Of a DNA stretch of 26,235 nt, positions 17,794-25,120 are shown in pieces (within the stretch, counting starts at the first letter, position 1; every line of letters starts with the position of its first letter). The notes beneath the pieces were generated by a model. It did not search any database. It saw only the letters and a program-made list of their open reading frames with translations, and had not been told where the DNA came from. Position numbers and translations under genes: made by a program. This DNA comes from a virus (taxonomy: Duplodnaviria; Caudoviricetes), in the IMG/VR virus record IMGVR_UViG_3300011334_000332, positions 1-26,235 of that record, one strand, 5' to 3'.

Positions 17794-18102
17794 ATGCAAC
17801 GATGCAACGACTGTGCGGGAAACGTAGTGGATACAGACCAAGTGTGTACGGCTTGCCGTATGGCAGAGTGGAAAGACCAGCAGGAGCAAGCCCGGCAGGT
17901 ACGTGAACGGAACTATGCCCTGGAAGCCCACAGGGCAGCCTACCTGAGCCGTAACCGTGCGATTCGGGATTCCATTCGGGCAGGTGTGATCTGTGGTGTA
18001 TCTGTCCTGCTTTTGCTGGCGATGATTGCCGCAGCTAAGGAAGCACTGCGGTACGAACTGGAGACTAAGCCCGCCATGCTCAAGGCGCAGGGGGTTCGTT
18101 GA
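17794..18102 (+). CDS. Hypothetical protein with N-terminal Zn finger and one TM helix
   Basis: CNDC..CTAC, coiled region, hydrophobic GVICGVSVLLLLAMIAAA; SD GGGAG. Confidence 0.7.
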   Translation: MQRCNDCAGNVVDTDQVCTACRMAEWKDQQEQARQVRERNYALEAHRAAYLSRNRAIRDSIRAGVICGVSVLLLLAMIAAAKEALRYELETKPAMLKAQGVR

Positions 18103-18920
18103 CAGTAAGACCAAGCATTATTCGGCAGACGCTCCGGGCTCTATCCAAGGCACCGGAGCGTTTGTTGTCTCACGAGGAAATGATTCTGCTGCACTACGGC
18201 TGGGCTAACGGCATTCATAAAGATGATTGCTTTGACGCTATGATCCGTCATAACTATGCCTTCATCCGCGAGGTATGCAAGGTCATCAAGCACAAGGAAC
18301 ACTTTGTAGACGCTTGCCAGTACTGCGTTGAGGGCTTGATTCGTGCCATTGAAAAGTGGGAACCTGAGCGTGGCTTGCGGTTCAGTACTTACGCGCACCC
18401 GTGGCTTTACCAGAAGCTTAGACGCTACCAAAGCAACCAATACAGAACCATCCGGATAGCCGAACATGCCTTGGTCAAGTGGCACAAGTTGAAGCGGTTC
18501 TACGTCATTCTGGAGATTGAGCTACGCAGACCACCAACCGATGAGGAGTTGTCAGAGCGTAGCGGGATGACCATCGAAACCATCGAGATATGCCGCACGG
18601 CTTCCGGCATCGAGCCGATGTCCATCGAGACCCCGGTACAAGGTTCACAACTCGTGCTAGGTGATACTGCCATCTTTGGATCCACACAGAGCGCAGAGGA
18701 TGAGTATTTCTCCGAGTCTGAAGGCGGTACCCTGATGACGGCTTTAGGCGCTCTTGACGATGAGACCCGGCAGATGATAGCCCTACACCTTGGGCTTGAT
18801 GGACGTGTCCCGCAGACCGTCCACATGGTAGCCAGTCGGTACAGGATTCCTCCGGCAGTGGTCAAGGAGCGCATCCACAAGGCACTTGCGGAATTGAGAA
18901 CCATCCATGAAACATCTTGA
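18099..18920 (+). CDS. Phage-encoded sigma70-family RNA polymerase sigma factor
   Basis: LLSHEE (region 1.2), GLIRAIEKWEPERGLRFSTYA (2.2-2.3), RTIRI, RPPTDEELS (3), MSIETP, region-4 HTH ending KALAELR. Confidence 0.92.
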   Translation: MTVRPSIIRQTLRALSKAPERLLSHEEMILLHYGWANGIHKDDCFDAMIRHNYAFIREVCKVIKHKEHFVDACQYCVEGLIRAIEKWEPERGLRFSTYAHPWLYQKLRRYQSNQYRTIRIAEHALVKWHKLKRFYVILEIELRRPPTDEELSERSGMTIETIEICRTASGIEPMSIETPVQGSQLVLGDTAIFGSTQSAEDEYFSESEGGTLMTALGALDDETRQMIALHLGLDGRVPQTVHMVASRYRIPPAVVKERIHKALAELRTIHETS

Positions 18921-19266
18921 AGACCGCGAGCAGATAGCCTTGATTACTTGGGTACGCCTGATGCAGTCAAAACACCCTGAGCTTGCAACCATCTACCATT
19001 GCCCTAACGGTGGCTACAGAGACCCGCGCACAGCTGCAAAGTTTAAGGCTATGGGCGTTCGTGCTGGTGTGTGGGACATTTTCCTCCCTTGCCCGACACC
19101 GGGGCTTTACATAGAGATGAAGGCCGGTAAGGGCAGGTTAACACCGGGGCAGGTATCCTTCCGTGATGCGCTTCAGTCACACGGGTACAGTTTTGTGGTT
19201 GCCTACTCTTGGCACGATGCTGCCAAGGCGATAGCTAATCATGTTGGTTTTGAGGTGTCGTTATGA
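18907..19266 (+). CDS. VRR-NUC domain nuclease
   Basis: HCPNGG, GVRAGVWD, LYIEMKAGKGRLTPGQ (PD-(D/E)xK pattern). Confidence 0.9.
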   Translation: MKHLEDREQIALITWVRLMQSKHPELATIYHCPNGGYRDPRTAAKFKAMGVRAGVWDIFLPCPTPGLYIEMKAGKGRLTPGQVSFRDALQSHGYSFVVAYSWHDAAKAIANHVGFEVSL

Positions 19267-20072
19267 ATCCGTATCTTATAACTGAACCACAGGTGGTCAG
19301 TTTCTCCGGTGGTCGTACTTCTGGCTTTATGCTTTGGCATATCATTCAGGCTCACGGTGGCACTCTGCCGGATTACGTCAAAGTGATTTATGCTAACACC
19401 GGGTTAGAGCATCCAGCAACCTTGCAATTTGTCCAAGACGTATCAGACAAAATCACGCCAGTTACATGGGTTGAATATGTAGTTTCAGAAGAAGGTAAAA
19501 ACGCTTTTCGTGAAGTTAACTATGAAACAGCATCACGCAACGGTGAACCAATGGAAGCTATTATCACAAAGCGTAACTATCTTCCCAACCCGGTAAGCAG
19601 ATTCTGCACATCTGAGACAAAGATTAGACCGATATCAAAGTACATCAAGGCAACGACTGGATGGGATACGTGGACAGACTTGATCGGGCTACGCGCAGAC
19701 GAACCACGCCGAGTACATAGGTTAAAGGCAGACGGTAAGCGGGATATCGTTTGCCCGATGTATCACGCTAACCACACCCTAAAGGATGTCTTAGATTTCT
19801 GGGCATCGATGCCGTTTGATTTGGATTTGCCATACAAAGATAATGCTTACGGTAACTGTGTCGGATGCTTCCTAAAGGCAACGCCTAAACTTCTGCGGAT
19901 CCTAACAAAAGAACCAGCGCAGGCAGACTTTTGGATTCGGATGGAAGAAAAGATTGATGCAACATTCAGAAAAGACCGCGCACCGTATAAGCAACTCTTA
20001 GACATGGCAACCAGCCAGCAGGGGTTTGACTTCTCCGAGGATGACCTATTCGAGTGCAACTGCACTGACTGA
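19263..20072 (+). CDS. PAPS reductase-family (adenine-nucleotide alpha-hydrolase fold) protein
   Basis: PP-loop SFSGGRTS, ANTGLEH, RFCTSETK, GLRADE, GNCVGCFLK, terminal CNCTD. Confidence 0.85.
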   Translation: MNPYLITEPQVVSFSGGRTSGFMLWHIIQAHGGTLPDYVKVIYANTGLEHPATLQFVQDVSDKITPVTWVEYVVSEEGKNAFREVNYETASRNGEPMEAIITKRNYLPNPVSRFCTSETKIRPISKYIKATTGWDTWTDLIGLRADEPRRVHRLKADGKRDIVCPMYHANHTLKDVLDFWASMPFDLDLPYKDNAYGNCVGCFLKATPKLLRILTKEPAQADFWIRMEEKIDATFRKDRAPYKQLLDMATSQQGFDFSEDDLFECNCTD

Positions 20073-20074
20073 TG

Positions 20075-20177
20075 TATAATGTGGGTGAACCTATCCTTCA
20101 AGGTTTGGCTATGCCAGCCCCCGGAGTAGCTACCGGGGGTTCCCTGAAGTAGGTATCTTGAAGGAAAATTAGGTATC
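20075..20177 (+). promoter_or_regulatory. -10 element and structured 5' leader of the primase gene
   Basis: TATAAT at 20075-20080; hairpins TGGC-TAT-GCCA and CCCCCGG-8 nt-CCGGGGG; CCTTCAAG (20095-20102) pairs with CTTGAAGG (20157-20164). Confidence 0.55.
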
Positions 20178-20181
20178 CCCC

Positions 20182-21054
20182 ATGGCAACTCCTGCCACGG
20201 ATGCGGGTCAGGCTATCGCCTTTCTCCGGCATCTTTTCAAGCCGTATCAAGACGGCTTCATTGAGATTCGACCTTTGTCTAAGGTCAAGCCCCACGCTAA
20301 CCGAACCACTTACAGGCTGCCGCATTGTCTGCGGGGTGAGGAAGGTCAAGCCCTAACACAGCACATCATGAGTCTTGCCATGCGTGGCTATGATGTTTAT
20401 GTTGGTGTCTGTCCCCGTGTTGCACCTGAAGGGCCGGGGCGCAAGCTCGGCAAGGATGCAATAGAGCAGGTTGGTGCAGTTTGGGTTGACCTTGATGCCA
20501 AAGTACCGGGCAGTAGTCAAGCATTACTTGGCGGGTGTGACATTGTCGTAAGCACTGGCAACGGCTGGCACGGCTACAAGATGCTTGCAAGCGTTGCCAA
20601 CGTCAAGAATGCCAAAGAGCGAACAGCCATTGAGACAAAGATTCGGTCTTGGCAAAACAGCATCATTTTTGACACTGATCCAGTGGGCAATGTTGACAGG
20701 ATTATGCGGGTTCCAGGAACGCTGAATTGGAAGGATGTTGACAACCCAAAAGCCGTAACGCTCTTGAAGGGTGGAGGTATTAAACCAACCTACAAGCAAT
20801 CCTTGTTGGTTGAGCATCTTGGCGATGCTCGGCTAGATGCTCTACTGGCTTCTGCAAAGCAAGGACAGCTCGGAAGGGCTGAGCCACGGATACGCCATGC
20901 AAGCGGTAGGATAACCGACCTGCTAGATGTCTTTCTGCTTGAGGCTGAAGAAGCGTGTTTAGCGTTTAAACAAGATTCACGGTGGGAATACCGTTTGAAT
21001 ATTGTCCGTGCTGACCTGCCGGAGATTTTGGAGTACTACTTTGGACGAAAATAA
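20182..21054 (+). CDS. AEP-superfamily DNA primase (RepB-like)
   Basis: YDVYVGVCPR, VWVDLD (DxD), STGNGWHGY, RIMRVPGTLNWK. Confidence 0.85.
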   Translation: MATPATDAGQAIAFLRHLFKPYQDGFIEIRPLSKVKPHANRTTYRLPHCLRGEEGQALTQHIMSLAMRGYDVYVGVCPRVAPEGPGRKLGKDAIEQVGAVWVDLDAKVPGSSQALLGGCDIVVSTGNGWHGYKMLASVANVKNAKERTAIETKIRSWQNSIIFDTDPVGNVDRIMRVPGTLNWKDVDNPKAVTLLKGGGIKPTYKQSLLVEHLGDARLDALLASAKQGQLGRAEPRIRHASGRITDLLDVFLLEAEEACLAFKQDSRWEYRLNIVRADLPEILEYYFGRK

Positions 21055-22393
21055 ACCATTCAACATCTGGGACATAGAAGACTTCCCAGACCCTAAGCCA
21101 GAGCGTAAGCACGGCAACAATAGCAACTATTCCGACGATGGAACCCTTGCGAAACTTAGGATGCGGCATCCGGAAGGCGGAGGGCCTTATGGTGGCAGGG
21201 ACAATGCGCTAACCGCTTGTGTGGGTTACATGAGATCTACACGAGCTGACATTGACTTTGCCATGCCTGCAATCCTTGACTGGAATAAACGGCTGTGCGA
21301 CCCACCTCTTGAAGACTACGAAGTTTACGCAAAGGTAGGCCGTGCTTGGGCAGATTGGAAAGACTCTGACCTGCCACCGCTAACGCCTGCCATGCTCAGA
21401 GAGCAATTGTCAGAACCGATAGAAGAAGAAGACCCTATCCAGTGGATGACATGGGCAGACATCAAAGCCAAAGTGGCTGAGCTTGGGCCATTACGGTGGA
21501 TTGTCCCAGACATGATTATGAACCGTGGGCTTACCTTCATTAGCGCAACATCGGGAGGCGGTAAGTCTTGGGCAGCTCTTGACCTATTGCGGGCAACAAT
21601 GAACGGTGGTGTGTGGCTGGGTTCTTTAGAGTGCATGAAAGCCAATGTCATGTACATCGATGAAGAGATGGGATGTCAGGTGTTCTTTGATCGTGCCGAT
21701 CAGTTAGGCATGGCTCCGGAGAACATTATCTATTCCGACCATCAGCGCATCAAGCTTGAGAATCCAAAGCACATGGCTTCTATCCTGCGGAAGATAAAAA
21801 CCCTCAAGATTGACATTGTGATTGTAGATACTCTTGTTCGTGTCCATGGGCTTGACGAGAACAGTAATACCGAGATGGCAAGGCTTTACGGCTTGTTCTG
21901 CCAGATGAAGGATTGCGGAGCCGCCATCGTGGTTTTGCATCACAACCGAAAGTCTGGAAGCGAAAGTGGTATTGGACACGAGCAGATGCGTGGTGCTGGT
22001 GACATCGTAAGCCAAGCAGACACGGTGTTCTCGATATCTCACAAGTTAGAGAACGATACCTACACAATGGTTGTAACGAAAAACAGACACTGGAGGCACA
22101 AGGAACGACAGCCTGCCGTGTCTTGGACTATCGGCCCACAAGATGGCCGCCTGTGCCTCATACACGCCGAACCTGAGGGATTTGCATCTAGAACGGGTCA
22201 ATCTACCACTGATGCCATTCTGTCCTGTGTAGAGGCAAATCCGGGCATTGGTAAAAACATCATTCATGCCAAGGTCGGAGGCAGGAAAGAAACCGTTCTG
22301 AATGCCATAGATGAACTGGTGCGGGAGAACCTTTTACACGCTGAGTCATCCTTGCGTGGTGGCTTCCGATACACCAAGAAGGGAGCCATTTGA
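21041..22393 (+). CDS. PriCT domain plus RecA-fold (AAA_25 / RSF1010 RepA-like) helicase with C-terminal winged helix
   Basis: GGRDNAL..WNKRLCDPPL (PriCT), Walker A ATSGGGKS, YIDEE, Walker B IVIVDT, LHHNRK, MRGAG. TTG start inferred from GGAG at 21030. Confidence 0.88.
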   Translation: MDENKPFNIWDIEDFPDPKPERKHGNNSNYSDDGTLAKLRMRHPEGGGPYGGRDNALTACVGYMRSTRADIDFAMPAILDWNKRLCDPPLEDYEVYAKVGRAWADWKDSDLPPLTPAMLREQLSEPIEEEDPIQWMTWADIKAKVAELGPLRWIVPDMIMNRGLTFISATSGGGKSWAALDLLRATMNGGVWLGSLECMKANVMYIDEEMGCQVFFDRADQLGMAPENIIYSDHQRIKLENPKHMASILRKIKTLKIDIVIVDTLVRVHGLDENSNTEMARLYGLFCQMKDCGAAIVVLHHNRKSGSESGIGHEQMRGAGDIVSQADTVFSISHKLENDTYTMVVTKNRHWRHKERQPAVSWTIGPQDGRLCLIHAEPEGFASRTGQSTTDAILSCVEANPGIGKNIIHAKVGGRKETVLNAIDELVRENLLHAESSLRGGFRYTKKGAI

Positions 22394-22599
22394 CCGGTTC
22401 CCAACGACTGGTTCCCTATATATAAGGAACTTAACTCTATTTTGGTTCCCCCAGTTTGGTTCCCCCAGACCCCCTCCGAACTGGGATGCCCCGAAAGGTG
22501 GGCATTCCCATACCAGACCAGTGAGGAGGGGTAAGGGAAAAGTATTTGTTTATATGACCGGTCAGGTTCCTCCGCTAAAGCGGGAACCAGAACCGGTCA
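22391..22599. repeat. Origin-like region with GGTTCC iterons and inverted repeats
   Basis: GGTTCC at 22396, 22410, 22444, 22458 and 22565, inverse copy at 22583; tandem 14-mer TTTGGTTCCCCCAG x2 (22441-22468); three hairpins; AT-rich patches; directly after the helicase gene. Confidence 0.65.
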
Positions 22600-22617
22600 A
22601 GATGAAAGGTGGCTAAT

Positions 22618-22998
22618 ATGGCTCTTGAGATTTGGGATTGGGATACGTTTAAACGCAAAGCGCAGGAAGACGAACTGTTGAACGGAGAGAAGTATCGTTA
22701 TCAGTTTGACATTGCTAAAGCCTGGTTGAAGTCAGGTGGTCGAGTGACGATGCATAGATGGGCAATGCGCCGGGACTTTGAAACACACTTGATTCAAAAG
22801 GGTAAGAACATCATCTTGGTTGAGTGCGATGGTGAACGCCACGTCTGGTGTACTTTGGATCAGCTGCGGAACGATGACTTTATGTTGATTCCAAACAACC
22901 ATGTAATAGGGGAGTTCAATGAATACCCTGCCTTCATGTATCAGCCTGATAAGTACGAACAACCGATACGCAGAAACAAGGTTGTAGTACAGCACTAA
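22618..22998 (+). CDS. Hypothetical protein with a divergent DUF2829/Tad2-like core
   Basis: FDIAKAWLKSGGRVTMHRW..DQLRNDDFMLI loosely matches the F..A...K.G..V.R..W / D....DW.I pattern. Confidence 0.5.
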   Translation: MALEIWDWDTFKRKAQEDELLNGEKYRYQFDIAKAWLKSGGRVTMHRWAMRRDFETHLIQKGKNIILVECDGERHVWCTLDQLRNDDFMLIPNNHVIGEFNEYPAFMYQPDKYEQPIRRNKVVVQH

Positions 22999-23007
22999 AA
23001 ATAAAGT

Positions 23008-23037
23008 TTGACAGTTGATACCCTTAGGGTATATATT
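23008..23037 (+). promoter_or_regulatory. sigma70 promoter with a palindromic operator-like spacer
   Basis: TTGACA 23008-23013, TATATT 23032-23037, A-rich upstream tract; palindrome ATACCCT-T-AGGGTAT at 23018-23032. Confidence 0.7.
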
Positions 23038-23038
23038 T

Positions 23039-23136
23039 GGTGTGTCGATGATGGATGTGAAAATGCCCGCAAGGGTGAGCCCAGTGGCTCCGGTAAAGGC
23101 CTTTCCATCATCGACATACTAGAGATCCAGTGGATC
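23039..23136 (+). ncRNA. Structured leader or small RNA upstream of the SSB-like gene
   Basis: 17-bp closing stem (23039-23055 with 23104-23120, two G-U pairs) enclosing CCC-GCAA-GGG and GAGCC-CAGT-GGCTC hairpins, then GATCC-AGT-GGATC next to the SD. Confidence 0.55.
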
Positions 23137-23148
23137 AAAGGAGAAACG

Positions 23149-23637
23149 ATGGGATTTTTTGCACAACACGGGAAGTTCTCGGAAGGCAGCGGGAAAAAGT
23201 ACAGCGTAGCAGAAGCAGGCATCTATGCCTGTGCGCTGATTGACTGCGAAGCAGTACAGGGTAAGTCATTCGACAACCCAGATGTTATGGAACCTAACTT
23301 TAAGTGGATTTTCGAGACCACTGAAGTTGGTGATGAAGATGGACAGCCTTTCCGCTTTGTACAGTTTACAAAGACCTTTTACGGTAACGATCGGGCAAAG
23401 CTCACAATCCTGCTCGATGGCATGGTTGGACGCATGACCAGCCAGCAGTTCCAGGCACTTGACATTGAAGTCCTCAAAGCTAAGCCATGGCAGGTGGTGG
23501 TAGAAACACGGCAGAAGATGAACGGTGAACTTACCAACGTTATCGAAACCGTGAAGCCTGTCAAGGTTGCAGCTACAAAGCCGCTCAAGAAGGCAGTGCC
23601 AACAGAAGACATCACAGATCCGTTTGAAGATGCATAA
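23149..23637 (+). CDS. Probable single-stranded DNA-binding protein (OB-fold type)
   Basis: ATG at 23149 after AAAGGAG; GIYACALID start, beta-rich core, acidic-aromatic tail EDITDPFEDA; located in the replication module. Confidence 0.6.
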   Translation: MGFFAQHGKFSEGSGKKYSVAEAGIYACALIDCEAVQGKSFDNPDVMEPNFKWIFETTEVGDEDGQPFRFVQFTKTFYGNDRAKLTILLDGMVGRMTSQQFQALDIEVLKAKPWQVVVETRQKMNGELTNVIETVKPVKVAATKPLKKAVPTEDITDPFEDA

Positions 23638-23653
23638 AAATGGGAACATTAAA

Positions 23654-23677
23654 GGAGGGCAGGTTTACCTGCCTTCC
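23654..23677. other. Intergenic hairpin without U-tract
   Basis: GGAGGGCAGG-TTTA-CCTGCCTTCC. Confidence 0.5.
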
Positions 23678-23697
23678 AACCTTGGGAGATAAAGACA

Positions 23698-24033
23698 ATG
23701 AAACAAACTAACCAAAGCCTCGCCGAAGCCATCAAAGAGATGGCACAGCACGTCATCAATGTACAGCGTGACCCGTTTGCAGTTATCGACTGCCCGCTAC
23801 AGATTCAGGTATCCAGCGACCATTCGGAGATTCATATGCGTAAAGGTGCGCTGCACCTCATGGTTGCCCTCAATGGCGATGATGCTGGTATCTACGACTG
23901 CAACTCTATGGGCTATGCCGTGCAGAATCCTTACTGGGTTGATTCACTCAAGCCAGCTGATGTAATCGCTGACATCTGGGCAGTAGCTTATGAAGTAGAC
24001 AAAATCATGTCACGGGAAGTTGTGCTCGTTTGA
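23698..24033 (+). CDS. Hypothetical protein
   Basis: 111 aa with SD GGGAG. Confidence 0.75.
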   Translation: MKQTNQSLAEAIKEMAQHVINVQRDPFAVIDCPLQIQVSSDHSEIHMRKGALHLMVALNGDDAGIYDCNSMGYAVQNPYWVDSLKPADVIADIWAVAYEVDKIMSREVVLV

Positions 24034-24257
24034 CCGGACACTACCGGACATCGCAGATTCAGGCCCTCATCGTCATAGACGACTGGGGGCTGGACTTTGC
24101 AACAGGTAATGTCCTGAAATACATTCAGCGGATGCCACACAAAGGCACACCTAACAGCGACAGCATCAAGGCACTCTGGTACTTGACCTATGCCATCACC
24201 AGGGATGTAACCGTTACTGATCGCATAGCAAAAGAAGTTGAGGCACTCAATGGCTAA
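24030..24257 (+). CDS. DUF3310-like (SaV / T7 gp1.7-related) protein
   Basis: HY..IQALIVI..WGLDFATGNVLKYIQR..KG..D..KALWYL. Confidence 0.8.
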   Translation: MTGHYRTSQIQALIVIDDWGLDFATGNVLKYIQRMPHKGTPNSDSIKALWYLTYAITRDVTVTDRIAKEVEALNG

Positions 24258-24681
24258 AGCCTTTACAACCGAGCAGAAGAAGGAACGCATTCGGCTGGCT
24301 GTTGAGATATACAACCAGACCGGAGCTTGGAAGGATGCCGAGAAGATAGCACACCGACAAAACGTGGAGAAGTGGATTCGAGATCCAGAGATTTTAGCCT
24401 ATGCCGAAAGCGTTGGATACGACCAACTAATCACCACGCCCGTGGCATCCTTTGCGCCTAAATCCGTCCACTATAACTGCCGCTTTGGATTCTCAGCTGC
24501 AACCATGCACATGAAAGAAGGACGGTTCGTAGCCAGAGACGGGGCAAGGCTGCACTATGCAATCCGTGACACCGCATTGGTTATGTACAAGATTGATGGC
24601 ATCGGTAACCGACACTACGCAGGCCATGCTTACTTCCGTGGTGCTGATGTTCTGGCTAACGACTGGACGGTGGTTGATTGA
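24250..24681 (+). CDS. Probable HTH fused to a DUF2829/Tad2-like domain
   Basis: N-terminal FTTEQKKERIRLAVEIY..QNVEKW helical domain; C-terminal FSAATMHMKEGRFVAR..DVLANDWTVVD. Confidence 0.55.
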   Translation: MAKAFTTEQKKERIRLAVEIYNQTGAWKDAEKIAHRQNVEKWIRDPEILAYAESVGYDQLITTPVASFAPKSVHYNCRFGFSAATMHMKEGRFVARDGARLHYAIRDTALVMYKIDGIGNRHYAGHAYFRGADVLANDWTVVD

Positions 24682-24884
24682 GGTTCTACGAGGCCGCACG
24701 GTGGCTAAAGCGGGGCAAATGCATAAGGCGGGCTACATGGGCAGGTAACTGCCATATTGAGCATTCACAGGGCGAACAGGTTAGGCATTACAACGGCAGA
24801 CGATGGCAAGGCTATGTACTCCTGATGCGAGACCTGTTTGATGATGAGGGAAACCATAGGGACGATTGGGAGGTCATAAGATGA
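24678..24884 (+). CDS. DUF2829/Tad2-like protein
   Basis: MRFYEAARWLKRGKCIRRATW..DL..DDWEVI; TTGA coupling. Confidence 0.62.
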   Translation: MRFYEAARWLKRGKCIRRATWAGNCHIEHSQGEQVRHYNGRRWQGYVLLMRDLFDDEGNHRDDWEVIR

Positions 24885-25120
24885 AATTCGGAGAAGTGGT
24901 GGAAGCCTTGATGGCTGGTGGCTCTAACGCTATACGGCGGCAAGATTGGGGAGGCCCTGTGTTCCTGCGATACTCGGAACTGTGGAACGCTTTTGAGTTG
25001 CACGGGCCACGGGATAGGGTGACACAGCTGGAAGAGTTGGAACTGTCTCCCGGTGACATTTTCGCAGATGATTGGGATATCGTTACTTTAGATCCACTAA
25101 CAGGCAAGGTGGCAGAATGA
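24881..25120 (+). CDS. DUF2829/Tad2-like protein
   Basis: MKFGEVVEALMAGG..IRRQDW..SPGDIFADDWDIV; SD GGAGG. Confidence 0.68.
   Translation: MKFGEVVEALMAGGSNAIRRQDWGGPVFLRYSELWNAFELHGPRDRVTQLEELELSPGDIFADDWDIVTLDPLTGKVAE

Noticed and set aside
22391-22470. Possible mini-CRISPR array
   Set aside because: Repeats are only 6-14 bp with irregular or no spacers, and there are no cas genes.
22311-22616. 101 aa ORF across the repeat region
   Set aside because: Pro/Gly-rich translation of repeats, overlaps the helicase, and has no recognisable motif.
23039-23120. tRNA or known self-cleaving ribozyme
   Set aside because: No T-loop (GTTCRA), anticodon arm or hammerhead core (CUGAUGA..GAAA) is recognisable; kept only as an unknown structured RNA.
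23008-23148. 47-codon N-terminal extension of the SSB-like ORF from TTG 23008
   Set aside because: The TTG is the -35 box, the region is a promoter plus structured RNA, and a strong SD precedes ATG 23149.
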